Positions 12,121 through 24,169 of a stretch of DNA of 64,000 bases are shown here, piece after piece. Positions within the stretch are counted from its first letter, which is position 1. The number at the start of each line of letters is the position of its first letter. This DNA comes from Octopus sinensis. Taxonomy: Eukaryota. The position numbers were made by a program, and so were the translations under genes. Below the pieces are notes generated by a model. That model was not told the origin of the DNA. It was given only the letters and a program-made list of their open reading frames with translations, and did not search any database. Where the stretch lies: NCBI RefSeq assembly GCF_006345805.1, contig NC_043014.1, positions 27,838,001 through 27,902,000 of the forward strand. The letters are read 5' to 3'.

Positions 12121-13412
12121 AAGGCCAAGAGAAAATGATGTTTTATAAACATATTCTACCAGTATACGAAGTTTAAAACTTTTTAGTTACCTAGAAATTA
12201 TGTTACAAACTGCCGTTCAAAAGGAATTCGGTGTGAAAAATTATATCAGTAAACCGAATTTTAAAATTTCAAAATCTGTGACAACAGAAAAGATCCGATT
12301 TTGGAATTCTATACCTTAGGAATCGCACCATTATGATAATGTTGCACACACGTTCCCTCTATTACATAAACTTTTATGTGCGTCAGGATGGATTTTAAGA
12401 GTATACTGTCATCCCTGCCTCTCTTGCATGCATTCTCGGTATACACACAATAAATGTGTGCGCAGACATACACACCATCGGTTATATACGAAATACAAAA
12501 ACGTGTGTGGTTATATATATATTACATGTAGCCACACAAATACATATCTATAGCTATGTGTATGCGTGTCTTTGTCTGTCCCCCATCACTGCTTGACAAG
12601 TTGTGTTCGTTTCGATAGAATAAGTATCGGGTTTAAAATAGGAATAAGTACTGGGGTCAAGTCGTTTGACTAAAATTCTTCAGTCATTAGTCTGCATGGC
12701 CGCAGTCTAATGACTGAAACAAGTAACATCATAAAAAAGATACACATAAAAACAAAATATGCACACATGCATACACTTTCGGAGACAGACACAGTGATTT
12801 AAAGTTAGAACTGCATACGGTTCGTAAAATCACCAAGTGTGTGTTGAACACAAAATTTACAAGAGTATAAATAACACCACGACTCCTCATTGTCGTCGTC
12901 AACTAGACAGGAAACCTTAGAGGCAAGCAGTTAGCTTGCCTAAGGGAATTAACTCGACAAATAACAATTTGTTAATTAAGCAGGTGGCCTTCGGCAAGTT
13001 GTTGGGTAAGACACGACATCGCGACTATAGAATGCATTAATTAGGTGTATGGCTTCAGGCAAGTAGAATGCTGTGTCTTGCCTGGAGGATACACATGCTA
13101 GATTCACCAGTGAATGTTTGCGCTCTCGTTCACTGCCGCGCAAACACACTTTCATAAAAGCAGTTTTGTACAGAGAAAGATATACACATACGTATGCACA
13201 ATCACGCATCCAAAGATGTAGAGATGTTCACATATTCTATTAATGATGTAGGAGGTAGAAAGAGAGAGTATACTCAATATGCATGACAATAATGTGTAGG
13301 AATATAAAGATATATCGTCGCAGGCCAACCATAAGAATAAAAAGCAATCCAACGCATCGTTTTTTATTTTCTAGATAGTCGTCTGTGGATGAGTGTACAT
13401 GTAAAACTTCTC

Positions 13413-13446
<34 letters not shown>

Positions 13447-14535
13447 GCACACACACACACACTGCAATATGCTTGAGCGAATGATACTTTAAAAATCTAA
13501 ACATATAGGGGATAAATCATTCCGAGATTTCATCTGCATGAAGTATTTCTAAGCTAATTAAAAAAACTTGTGTAAACTCAATAACTAATATTTTGATACC
13601 AATAAATACGGGAGACAACTCTATATTTGTTTTTGTTGACCATCTCATCTAAGCAAATACTAATTTTACACGGATGGCATTTGGTAATCTCTTCTGTATC
13701 CCTTGTCTATCCTCATTGCTTTTCCTAAATAGTATTTAATCTAGCTCTATTATTGGTTCCTTCCATTTTGTAACTCCTGATATCACTTCATTCATAATAC
13801 ATCATCTGTTCACAATACATATCTAAATCCAATTGTCTCTTAAATGAAGCTACATTGCTTGCTTCCACCATCACTAGTATGGCATTTATTTAGGTGGAGG
13901 AATGGTTTATGAGTTGTACCTAACCAACAACAGACTACCTACGTGCCATAGGTCTGCTTAGAGTTGACTTGGGGCTATAAAATGTGCCCAAACTAGTATA
14001 TTTATTGAACCTGATGTAGATAATTGGTCATCATCATGTGTGTGTGACACAGCAAATTGAGAAATCCCACCCATCTGCAATAATAATTTTTAAGTGGCTT
14101 AAGACTATGCATTTTGGTGAAGGAAGTAGTCAGCTAAACTAACTACAGTATTTGATTGGTGTCTGTGTTGTTGACTTAAGAATAATGGATGGCAAAGTTG
14201 ATCCCAAAATGTACTGAAATTATTAAATACACATAGACAACTAAACTCTACAAGACATTTGTCAAGTACTTCACCTATTGCCCCTTCCATTGCTCTATTA
14301 CTTATTCATATAACTCTCCAGATTTAGTAAATTCTCTAAATTCACTCCCTTACTTTCATCTACCATCACACTTGATGCTCATGTGTCTAACAGTTTACCA
14401 TACTTTTTCATTCCCCAATAACTCTAAAACAATTTTGAAACTTCAACCATCTCCTGATTAAATTACCTAGATAAGAGGACTTATTTAGATCCTTCTAGTG
14501 AATTGTCTGAATAATCCATAACCTTCATTTCATAG

Positions 14536-14565
14536 TTACAGATGTTGCTAACTCTTTCAAGGAAG
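14536..14565 (+). CDS. Candidate 30-nt micro-exon (LQMLLTLSRK), putative HLH helix-1 end
   Basis: ttcatag|...AAG|gtattg, phase 0, in frame with the next candidate exon. Confidence 0.25.
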
Positions 14566-14800
14566 GTATTGCAGCCAGAGTTTGTGATTCCCCATTCAGT
14601 CTAGTACATATCTCTGTTCTTTTTTTTTTTATTTTATTGGTTTATCAGATAAATTCATTAATTTTCCCCCCATTTACTTTAATCCTTTTCAATGTTATTG
14701 GTACTAACATGAAAGATATTTTTATCAGTGTTTTTGTGTGTGTGCAGCTCTATTCTTCCTCTACTGCTTTAAAAATTTGAATAAATTTTATCTCTTTCAG

Positions 14801-14929
14801 ACATATGATGATGGAGTGCCAAGTAGAAAAAGAAACAAAAAAGAAATAATTTATCAGGCAACCCAATACATCATGCATTTATGTGCTATAATGTCATTGG
14901 TTATAGGTTGCAAACAGGATAACTGCTAG
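14801..14929 (+). CDS. Candidate exon encoding a bHLH loop plus helix 2
   Basis: Acceptor ttttatctctttcag precedes TYDDGVPSRKRNKKEIIYQATQYIMHL. KKEIIYQATQYIMHL fits K-x2-I-L-x2-A-x2-Y-I-x2-L. Confidence 0.35.
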   Translation, partial: TYDDGVPSRKRNKKEIIYQATQYIMHLCAIMSLVIGCKQDNC

Positions 14930-15770
14930 TACATCATATCTCCAACGGCATAAGTGACAAGGGAGTGTCTGTGCAACTTGCTAAAATAAATACTACAACA
15001 TATTTTAGTACGATATATGGATTTACTGAAAATTTCTAGTCATTGTGTATATTTTCCACCAATAAACACACACAAAGATGAGGATCTGTCCAAGGTAGGG
15101 TGCTGTCAGTTCAAACTCAACACCATGTGATGCAAACTTCTTTACCTCACAGCTACATCTACTTCCATTACTGTACCATACGCAAAACTGCAATTAAAAC
15201 TTTTTGAGGCCCTTACTACTAATAAATATTTTGATCCTGATCACTATATTTTCTTGGCTTTAATTTTTTGAAATTCACAGAGTAGTTATTAAAACTAGAT
15301 CGCCAATACAAAAACATCCTATTAGGTGGTGCTCTAGTATGGCCTTACACATGATGGCTAAACATGCTAAAGAATTATAAGCATCCAACAATGAATCATT
15401 TTGACACTATCTATAGAAATAAAATGAACAAATGAGGTATGATGATAGAACCTTTAGTCCTGACAATAATGTTAGAGAATTCTCATAAAAGCCCTTTGAC
15501 GGGTCTTTACAAATCAATCTCCAAACATTCCCTGGTTTTATAATTTCAAGGTAAAATTGCTCTTCAATTACTTCTGAAATTGCTTATCCAAAACAATATA
15601 TGTGGGTCCAGTTATTGGTATAACTTGTACTGTATCCAATCGAACTTTATTTTATCCAGATCAGAACATTTTGCCTTTTAATGTATATGTACATAAACAC
15701 ACGCAAGGCATGGGTATCTGTTTAAGACATTCACTTTGCAATGGGCATGTGTTTTCTACTAGTTTCAGAC

Positions 15771-17252
15771 CAGGGGGTCACCAAACTTTTTCGACCATCG
15801 ACCCCCTTTAGCCACTTCTTCCACATCGACCCCCTTTAGCCACTTCTGCATCAACCACCCTCCTCATTTAAAATACCTTAATACTTTACCCTACTGTACC
15901 ATATCTTAAATGTGTACTGGGTACTGATGCTGGCAATTAAAATGTTAGCTAAAATATACATGTACTACAAATAAAGAAATTCAATTTAAAACTACGTGTA
16001 GTATGAGTATACAGTATTAAACTTTAAATTTTTATGAAATTGTTTTCACGGTTACAAAATGTGAAAAACGTACCATATTGCTGGAATATCTTTTATTGAA
16101 ATTGACAACATCAATATGAGGGATGGGCATGGGTGATCCTGAATCAAGGCATTGATATCAGGCTGAATGTTAGTCAATTTCAGTCTCAAATCACCTTGTT
16201 CCTCCAGGTTCGGGCAATTTCTATAAACAAACACTTGTCAGTCTCCTCAATCGCATCTCTCGATCTTCGATTACGACATCAGGCTTCGACCGTTAGCAAC
16301 AGACTTCTCACTGCAGTGAAAATTTATCATGTTTTCCCACGTTTCATGGTGATAAGTATTTCAAGCAGTTCATCTGTGTACGCTGGTTTTTTTTTTGCTC
16401 ACCGACCCCCATTAAACCCCTTGTAATTGCTCACCAACCTTTAGGGGGGTCCCTCAGACGGCTGAGGTAAAGGACATAGACTGCACCTCCTTTCGGTTTT
16501 TTTTGGGGGGGGGGGTATTTTCTACAGAAACCCACCTTTTCGACTGCAGAGATTCTGAATCTGCATTTCAAAATTTTAATTCCCCACCCCAGTTTTTCAC
16601 ATTTTTAGAAATTTTTTGGCAAAATACATAGAAAAATATGGAGATTATGATTCCGAAACAAAAATTTTGTAAAATTTCAATTTTTCAACAAAAGAAATTA
16701 AACTCCAGCTAAACGACGAATCACGTTTTCAAAATCTTCAATTTTTATATACGCTCCAACCGGAAAGTCCGACAAGCTAGAACCAACAGCCAAACAAAAG
16801 ATATACTTTCTAAATACGAAACCAAAAACGAAAAAAATGTTGTCATTCTGTTGTCGTGTGTGTGTGTATGCAAAAAAACTTATTTTTGCTTACAAAAGAC
16901 CCTTAACCACAACACGTTCACTTTCTGTCACAAATGCGCTGGCGGAGCGGAGGGGTTGTTTGTTTATTTTTGAAAAATTGAAATTTTACAAAATTCTTTT
17001 TTCAGAATCATAATCTCCGTATTTTTCTACGTATCCCCCCCCCAAGAAAAAACTTCTCAAAATAGTGAAAAACTGGGGGTGTGAGGTTGGGGAATAAAAA
17101 CTTTGAAATGCCGATTTTTTTTTTTTGTGTGCAGATTCGGAACCTCCGCAATCGAACAGGTGGGTTTCTGTAGACCTCACCCCAAATAACCGAAAGGGGG
17201 TGCGGTCCATGTCCTTTACTTCCGCCCCTAGGACTCCCTTTGGTGAGCCCTG
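15771..17252 (-). mobile_element. Non-autonomous hAT (Buster/Charlie-like) element with transposase C-terminal remnant
   Basis: TIRs cagggggtcaccaaa / tttggtgagccctg. Minus strand 16120-16234 reads RNCPNLEEQGDLRLKLTNIQPDINAL...HPSH, a typical Buster-family C-terminus. The 8-bp TSD is not preserved. Confidence 0.65.
16464..17222. mobile_element. Foldback-type MITE with ~230-bp imperfect TIRs nested in the hAT element
   Basis: gaggtaaaggacatagactgcacctcctttcggtt / aaccgaaagggggtgcggtccatgtcctttacttc. Inverted similarity continues to about 16700 and 16960. Confidence 0.7.
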
Positions 17253-17968
17253 AGATAGACTAATTATATGTAAGTGGAATTCGGCAGACAGAAACTATGC
17301 AGAAGTTTGTCTCTCACACACATACACATATATGTACTTATACCGGTCTAAAAATTGATGTTGTGCTGTGTCCTGTAACTTAGTAATTCGTCAAATAGAC
17401 GCCAATAAAATAGTACGGGGACATCGTGATAGACTAAAACCTTTCAAGGAGCTGTGCAAGCTTAACAGAGGACCAAAGGCTGATACAGGTAAAATGTGTT
17501 CGTGTGCGTGCATGTGTACACACAGCATATATACATCTTCAGACATGCATCTACAAAATTTACTCTAAGCATTCTGTCGTAATTTGAAACAGAGACAAAA
17601 TATTTCTATTTTTCAGCGTATATATATATATAGGAATAAATTTTAAAAAGACATCAGTAGATGTGTGAGCCTGTGTGTTGATATATATATGCGTTTATAT
17701 GTATATAAATATAAGAACATGAACATTTATCGACCTCCTGAATAAGCTTCTCGGTAAACTCTGTGACACGGTTTCGAGCCTCAGTTAATGTTTTATTTAA
17801 TTTACTGTATCCCTAGTGACAGACACGAATGTCACAATTACCGTTTTCCCTCCCCTTGAATTTATCAAGGCTGGTCACTCATTAATGGATACCCTAGACT
17901 GCGAAAGGTCAAATTGTGCTAGTGCGTGAAAGAAATTATGTACTGATGTGTTTATGTCTCTCTTTTTC

Positions 17969-18031
<63 letters not shown>

Positions 18032-18638
18032 AATATATATATATTTATGCATACAAAATGTTTTGTGTTTATGTGTATATGGAAAAAAATCATTAATCAA
18101 AATCGGAGAAAAGTGTGGAGTTGGTCGCTTGAATCAAATGGCCTAAATTGTCCACTACAGAGTGAGTTGCACACTTTCTCCCTCTGTTCTCTGTGATACT
18201 TTTTCTACTACCACCACAACTACCCTTCCTTCGTTTAGTTCTCGATCTCTCTCTCTCTCTCTCCATATGCATACATACAAACACACACACATACATACAT
18301 AGGAATATCTCTCTCCCTATATGTATACACACACATATATCCCTTTCTTATTCTTCGGTTAGCGATAATGGTGTGTGGGTGGGGAGTTAAGAAAGCGTAT
18401 GTTTGCAAGACATCGCTCGATCTGTTAAAAATAGTAGTCAAATCTCCCTCGAAACCCCCCTACCATTTTAAAATGGAAGGATCACATTGGACAATGTAGT
18501 CTCTGGTAGATATAAAAACAGGATGGCTGTGGTGGAAATGCCTTTGGCGATCAAAATCAGCTCGATCAGGGTAACCGGGGATAAACAAAAATAAACCATC
18601 AACAACGTCCATAAAGTGTAAGAAAGTACCGTACTTAC

Positions 18639-19335
18639 CTAGATCAGCGTAAAGAGGGTCAAGACTCGCTTGCTCGTTGACTGCTTGTTTGTCCGTTTGG
18701 TGTTGGATCGTTGTAGATAACGTATATAGTATATGTATATGTGAGTGAATGTATGTAGCTCAAAACGAGATGCTTGCAACGCAGACCAAGCCCTCAAGGT
18801 ATAAGAAAGATAGTTTCCAAAGAAAAGCAACAATGATAATATATATTTATACGTGTGTAGTAAGAAGAATGAGACCCCAGCACAAAACATGCTGAAAGTG
18901 AAAAGTGGAACGAAGCTGTTTCACTAATTAACTTATACTAAACTAATAACATCAACAGCATGGATGGATATCGAAAGATGCGAGGGAAATAAATAAATAA
19001 AACAACAAAACACCGTTAACCCTGTCCTCTCTATCCCTCCCCAAAAAAACTGAGAACAATGTGGAAACTGAAATCAAGGGAAGATAACTTTGCTTCGGGT
19101 TTTCTACCTTGCCTTTATCATCTACACCCTTTCTCCCTCCGCCCTTCCATCGTTTTCCTCCACCCATTTCTGTCCCTAGAGGGCGTCACTGTAGTGCATA
19201 GCTGTGCTTAGTGAAGCTTATCACGAAGAGTTGATAGAGAGAAACAAACAAAAAGAGAAACGGAGAGAGAAAGAAAGTAAGAGAGACGGAGAGGGCTAGA
19301 CACAGCCGCTAGTCTCTATCAGCGCCCCCAAACAA
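18639..19335 (-). promoter_or_regulatory. CpG-enriched putative promoter and non-coding first exon
   Basis: Consensus donor CTAG|GTAAGTAC at 18639/18638 on the minus strand, local CpG enrichment, and CTCF-like CCCTAGAGGGCGTC at 19174-19187. Confidence 0.3.
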
Positions 19336-20941
19336 CAATAGTGGAAGTGAATGCTTGTTATTTAGGGATGGTATTATTGACAGTGGCGTGAAATGATGAT
19401 TATGATAGGAGTAGAGATGAGAATGTTGGAGGGGTGATAACGATGGAGATGATAGTGACAGTCACAGGAGTGGTGATACGATAGAAGTGATGGTGGCGGT
19501 GGTGAGGTGACTTGAAGGCGTATATTTTGTTTTGAAGTTTCTCATATATATATATATATATATATGAAGAACAAATATACTTCCCCCTGAAGACGAAAGA
19601 ATGTTTAGTTGATTTTTCTCCAGTCTATGTATCTTTTCAACGAGACTGTTACTATTTCTGTCTCTCTTTCTCTCGTTCCCTCTCTCACTCCATTTCCGCA
19701 CATGCTGGATGTGTGTGTATGTACGTATGTATGCATTTTTTTGTTACTTTTTCCTTTCTATAATTCAAGCCGATCACTAACAAAGTGGCAAGTAATTGTA
19801 TTTGGATGTGTGTATGCGCGAGCGTATACATATGAATTTGTCCCACTGCGTGCACTTTGGGTGCGTGCCTTCTAAGTATAGCCCTGGCCAATCAATACTT
19901 TGGGAATGAATTTGTTAGACGGAAACTATGTGAAGTCGTGTGTGTGTTCCCAACCCCATTGCTTGACAACCGGTGTTGGATTTCTACGAGCCCCATAGCT
20001 TAGCAGTTTGGTAAAGAGACCAATAAAAATAAGTACTGGGGATGATTTATCCAACTAACCCTACAAGGCGATGCTCCAGCATGGCCGCAGTTTCAATGAC
20101 AAACAAAAGAGTAAAAGATTTGTGTGTATTTGCATCAATATATGTAGATATGTGTATGACTTATTTATGTGCATATTTGTATGTAAATGTGTATAAACAC
20201 ATATGTCTGCACTTTGAGATAAATGCGTTTCGCGATCACGTAACTTTTGGTTTAAATTTCACAAGCGGCTCAAGTTTGCTGATGACTTCTCGTGTGTGTG
20301 TGGTTATGATGCATCCCTATATGATACGTTATTTAGCTGTTCGACAAATAGACCGTTAAAATGTCCCAAACAAAAATAAGTACTGGAGTCTATATGATAA
20401 GCAAACCCTTTCAAGGCAGAGCCGAAACCCACTGACTGAAACCAGTAAGAGGATACATCTATCTCAATCTATCTGCTAATTTTTTCGGTTTCTCCTTGTT
20501 TCCTTCTCTGCCAGTGATTCAGCATGCCTCTGTCTCCCCTCTTCTCCCTCCACATTTCTCTCATTTCAGCATTTGATTTTCTGTGAATGCATCTAATCTG
20601 TCTTTAGAAGTCTGAGCAGCAAAATAGTTGCAAGTTGCTACACTGCACTCCAGTCACTGTTTGAGGTAAGGAAAATACCTTGAGATCCCAGTCTAGACTA
20701 AAGCATAAGATACCTAAAAAAATTCTGAAGAGAGGGGATAGAAACCTCGGACACACACACACACACACATTGTTATCATCATCATTGTCATTCTATTATT
20801 TAATCCAGTAACTGCGACCATGCTGAGGACCACCTCGGAGAGTTTAGCTGATGAATTCGACCCATGTACTTAACGTTTCTTTAAAGTCTGTTTGACATAC
20901 TAGATCCGATTTTTATTTTATTTATTTAAAAATTCCACGTG

Positions 20942-21000
<59 letters not shown>

Positions 21001-21006
<6 letters not shown>

Positions 21007-21977
21007 GAGTCCACTGTGATCCGTGTGTAGGAGAGGTGCAGCCGGAGGGTAAGTATCCAAACGAATCCGTAAATGGTAGATGAAGAGTAGATAAAGTGTC
21101 CAGTGGAGAAGTTTGTAGTGGTAAGAAAAGATAGGAGCAACATGTGCGACCACGTGAGCGTGTGATATATATAGGGAGAGTTTACGAAAAAAACAAACGA
21201 CGAAGACAGGTGGTGTACAAAAAGCCATTCCCTGTACATCGGACAAACGGGACGCCGCTTGGCTGACCGGTTCGCGGAACACCTCCGTGACATCCGCCTC
21301 GGCAATGACACCCAAGTCTCACGCCATTTCCGCTCCACCAGTCACTCCTTGCAACACCTGTCTGTATTCGGATTGTCCTTGCACAGAGGCCATCCGAACT
21401 CCCGTTTGCGCCGTGAACAGGGATTAATCTTCTCTCTTCGCTCTTTTATGCCATTTGGGCTCAACTCTCCTCCCCGACTCCTCTTCACTCATACATCTTT
21501 TCACCCCTACTCTCTTTCCCTCTTCTCCCTTACTCTCCTCTCTCCCTCTCCCCTCCTTCTTCCCACCCAACTCTCCTCTCTTGCCCCAACTCCTACTTCT
21601 CTTCACCCCTACTCTCTTTCCCTCTTTCTCTCTCTCCCCTCCTTCCCTCTTACTCTCTTTCTCTCTCCTCTCTTATTCTCTTTCTCTCTTCTCTCCTACT
21701 CTTTCACTCTCTCTTTCTCTCTTCTCTCCTCCTCTCTCTCCTCACATACCCACCTTCCCCTCGTGTTTGACCCTTCTGTCCGGCACTAGTCGCCATGATA
21801 GATATAGATATAGATAAAAGCCACTACACACATTTTTTTCTCCTTGTTTTTTCTGTGTCCCTTTCTGTAGAAGAGCGTAGGCTCGAGACGTAAAAGGCTT
21901 TTTTCTATTCCTAAGCGTTATACTAATACAACTGTTTATTTTGTACACCACCTGTCTTCGTCTTTTCTTTTTTTTGT

Positions 21978-22000
<23 letters not shown>
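21001..22000 (+). mobile_element. Truncated Penelope-like element: GIY-YIG end, CT-rich spacer, 3' tail, inverted tail copy at the 5' side
   Basis: LYIGQTGRRLADRFAEHLRDIR...REQGLIFSL (21232-21470). 21165-21222 is the reverse complement of the tail at ~21941-21990. Confidence 0.8.
21861..21896 (+). ncRNA. Degenerate minimal hammerhead motif in the Penelope tail
   Basis: cttt|CTGTAGA|A|GAGC-gtag-GCTC|GAGA|CG|TA|aaag. It deviates from the canonical core at A6 and A14. Confidence 0.35.
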
Positions 22001-22003
<3 letters not shown>

Positions 22004-22053
<50 letters not shown>

Positions 22054-23014
22054 GCAGTTTGTCTGTCTGTGTGTCTGTCAGATTGTACCCTCACCCTGAC
22101 CACGGCTTTCAACCGATTCTAATGAAACTTGACACACACATAGCCCAATGTCATAATGCAAAACTAACGCAGCGAAAATTTTGAAAAGTTCCCCCAGTTC
22201 TGAAAAAAAATCGATAAATTCGGCATAGGGTCGAGAATCTAAGCTTATCATATGCAACACATTTTCCGTTGTAGTTTTCGCAACTTGCAATCGATTTTCA
22301 CCAAACTCATGGTGATGCTTAATGTTACCCTAAGGAACTTAATTCTGACGTTAGTTTTCCATGCAATACCTTACCATCAGAAAAAATCGATAAAATCATG
22401 CCATTTTGGGAAATCGCATTCAAATTCAAGATGACATATTTTCAACAATATCTTTAACAAATTGGCAGGAATTTTTTTTGAAATTCACAGCGAGCATCAT
22501 GTCTGCTCCAAGTAGCTATATGGCCCTTTTGATTCCAATAGGATACGTTATTACTGGAAAAAAATCGGTTAATTACATCATATGTGGCACACATAGCAAA
22601 CCAATTTTTCTACAAGAGGCTCCCGAGCCCCCTTTCGCTAGACTTAAGTTAGGATTAGGTAGGGCTTAGCTGTGGTCCGAACCCAACTTTTGTTCGGGGG
22701 GGGGGGTCAAAAGGGCCGGCATATGCAACCTTATCACCTCTACCTGTCAAACTCCCAACCCATGCGTTCTCGTCGTGACATTGATCCCGCAGAACTGGGT
22801 TGGGTGTGCTAAACAAAACCAGAAAATGCACTTTGACTGTCATAGATTTTCTTCATGCATGCAAGGGAACGGTGCCTTGAATGCCTTAATGCCTTTTAGG
22901 CTTCATTTTACAAAATAACGGTTCAATGAGTACAAAAATGGGTAAAAAGATAAAGGGCATTGCTTATCGACAAAGTTTCTTACATACCCGGGCAACGCCG
23001 GGCTATGCTGCTAG
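22004..23014 (+). mobile_element. Non-autonomous Helitron A
   Basis: The 5' end tctctatatata..aaggcagtttgtctgtctg is shared with element B. The 3' hairpin cccgggcaacgccggg precedes CTAG|T. The 5' end is blurred by (CT)n(AT)n expansion. Confidence 0.75.
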
Positions 23015-23030
23015 TATATATATATATATA

Positions 23031-24161
23031 AGAACCTGTCCTTAATTTCTTCAGGGTTGGTCATGGTGGGGGCATAAGCGCTGATGATGGTCGCACTAGT
23101 CTTGTTTCCAAGTGGGAGCTGCATCTTCATCAGCCGATCGTTGATACCCTCGGGGGAGCTTTCCAGTTTCCTCACGTTTACTGACTTGATGGCAAAACCA
23201 ACACCAGCCTCACGACGCTCTTCGCTGCTGCGACCACTCCAAAAGAAAGTGTAGCCGCCGCCTGTCTCTGTCAGCTGGCCTTTGTCCACAAGGTGGGTCT
23301 CGCTCAGTGCTGCGATATCGACATTGTATCGGCTCAGTTCTCTGGCCACCAGGGCAGTTCGTCTCTCTGGTCTGTCCGCTTTGGTGTTGTCAAGCAGAGT
23401 TCTCACGTTCCAAGTTGCGAAAGTGAGCACCTTTGTTCGTTTTCTTTCTTTGTTTCGACCGCTTGGAAAGGATCCCCGCCAGCCGCGGTTTGCTGACCAG
23501 GGTGAGGTGAGGCAGGCTATGTTTAGGGCAACCTTTTCTAGCCCCGTCCTCATGCTGCGTAGGCGAGCAGAGCGATCCTGAAGAGGGCTGCTCGGTCACT
23601 CAGGAGGGTGCCGGACTCCACTGCTGCCTCAGTTCAGTGAGGGGCGACCACATGTCCTGAGCCGCCTGTGTGTGGGTTCACGACTGCAGCTCCCAGTGTA
23701 TCCTCACCTGCTACTTCGCCGTTTCCCCATCGCTACAGGACTTTGTGATGTTGGTGTCATGATGTCATGACGTGCGCGTGACTTGGATTATAGTGAGGGT
23801 GACTTGCGCAGGATCAGCCTCACTCTCTCGTCCTGGTGCGCCGGATCCAGTGGCAAGACAAAGTCAAGACGGCTGGGGGTAGACCAGGATGCAGGAGCTG
23901 CCGGAAGGTGGAACGCATGGCGCAATCCAACCGCCTTAGGGGCTCCACTCCGGATTTATATAGGTTTTTGGATGGCCATTGACTCATGAGAGAGTTCCTC
24001 TGCCCTTTGACAGGTTTTGTTTTTAGTCCTGCTGGGTGTCCAAATCACCCTCCTCACCAAGAAATTTGGTGGGGTTGCCAGTTTAGTCGCCAACGACCCG
24101 ATCATGTAACAGGTTGTACTGGGTTACATGTTACCAGTAGCTCCAAGCGGAGACCTGACAC
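23031..24161 (-). mobile_element. Inverted 5' segment (5' UTR plus APE endonuclease N-terminus) of a full-length RTE/BovB-like LINE
   Basis: TFATWNVRTLLD...DIAALSET...YTFFWSG...VGFAI...IISAYAPT, preceded by a GC-richer 5' UTR of about 600 nt. Confidence 0.9.
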
Positions 24162-24169
24162 AAATATAT

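Noticed and set aside
13114-13145. 9-bp inverted repeat TGTTTGCGC-N14-GCGCAAACA
   Set aside because: A single short occurrence, compatible with chance.
17916-18196. IYIYIY-type ORFs (also 894, 20922, 32411, 57124-57457)
   Set aside because: Translations of (TA)n, (CA)n and trinucleotide microsatellites.
21259-21817. 176-aa and 120-aa ORFs
   Set aside because: Only the first ~70 aa are GIY-YIG. The rest is translated CT-rich low-complexity sequence.
24060-24165. HDV-like ribozyme at the RTE 5' tip (minus strand)
   Set aside because: P4-like gtcg-ttgg-cgac, CTAA and a P2 pairing (ccagt/actgg) exist, but I could not build P1/P3/L3 with canonical lengths. It needs a covariance-model search.
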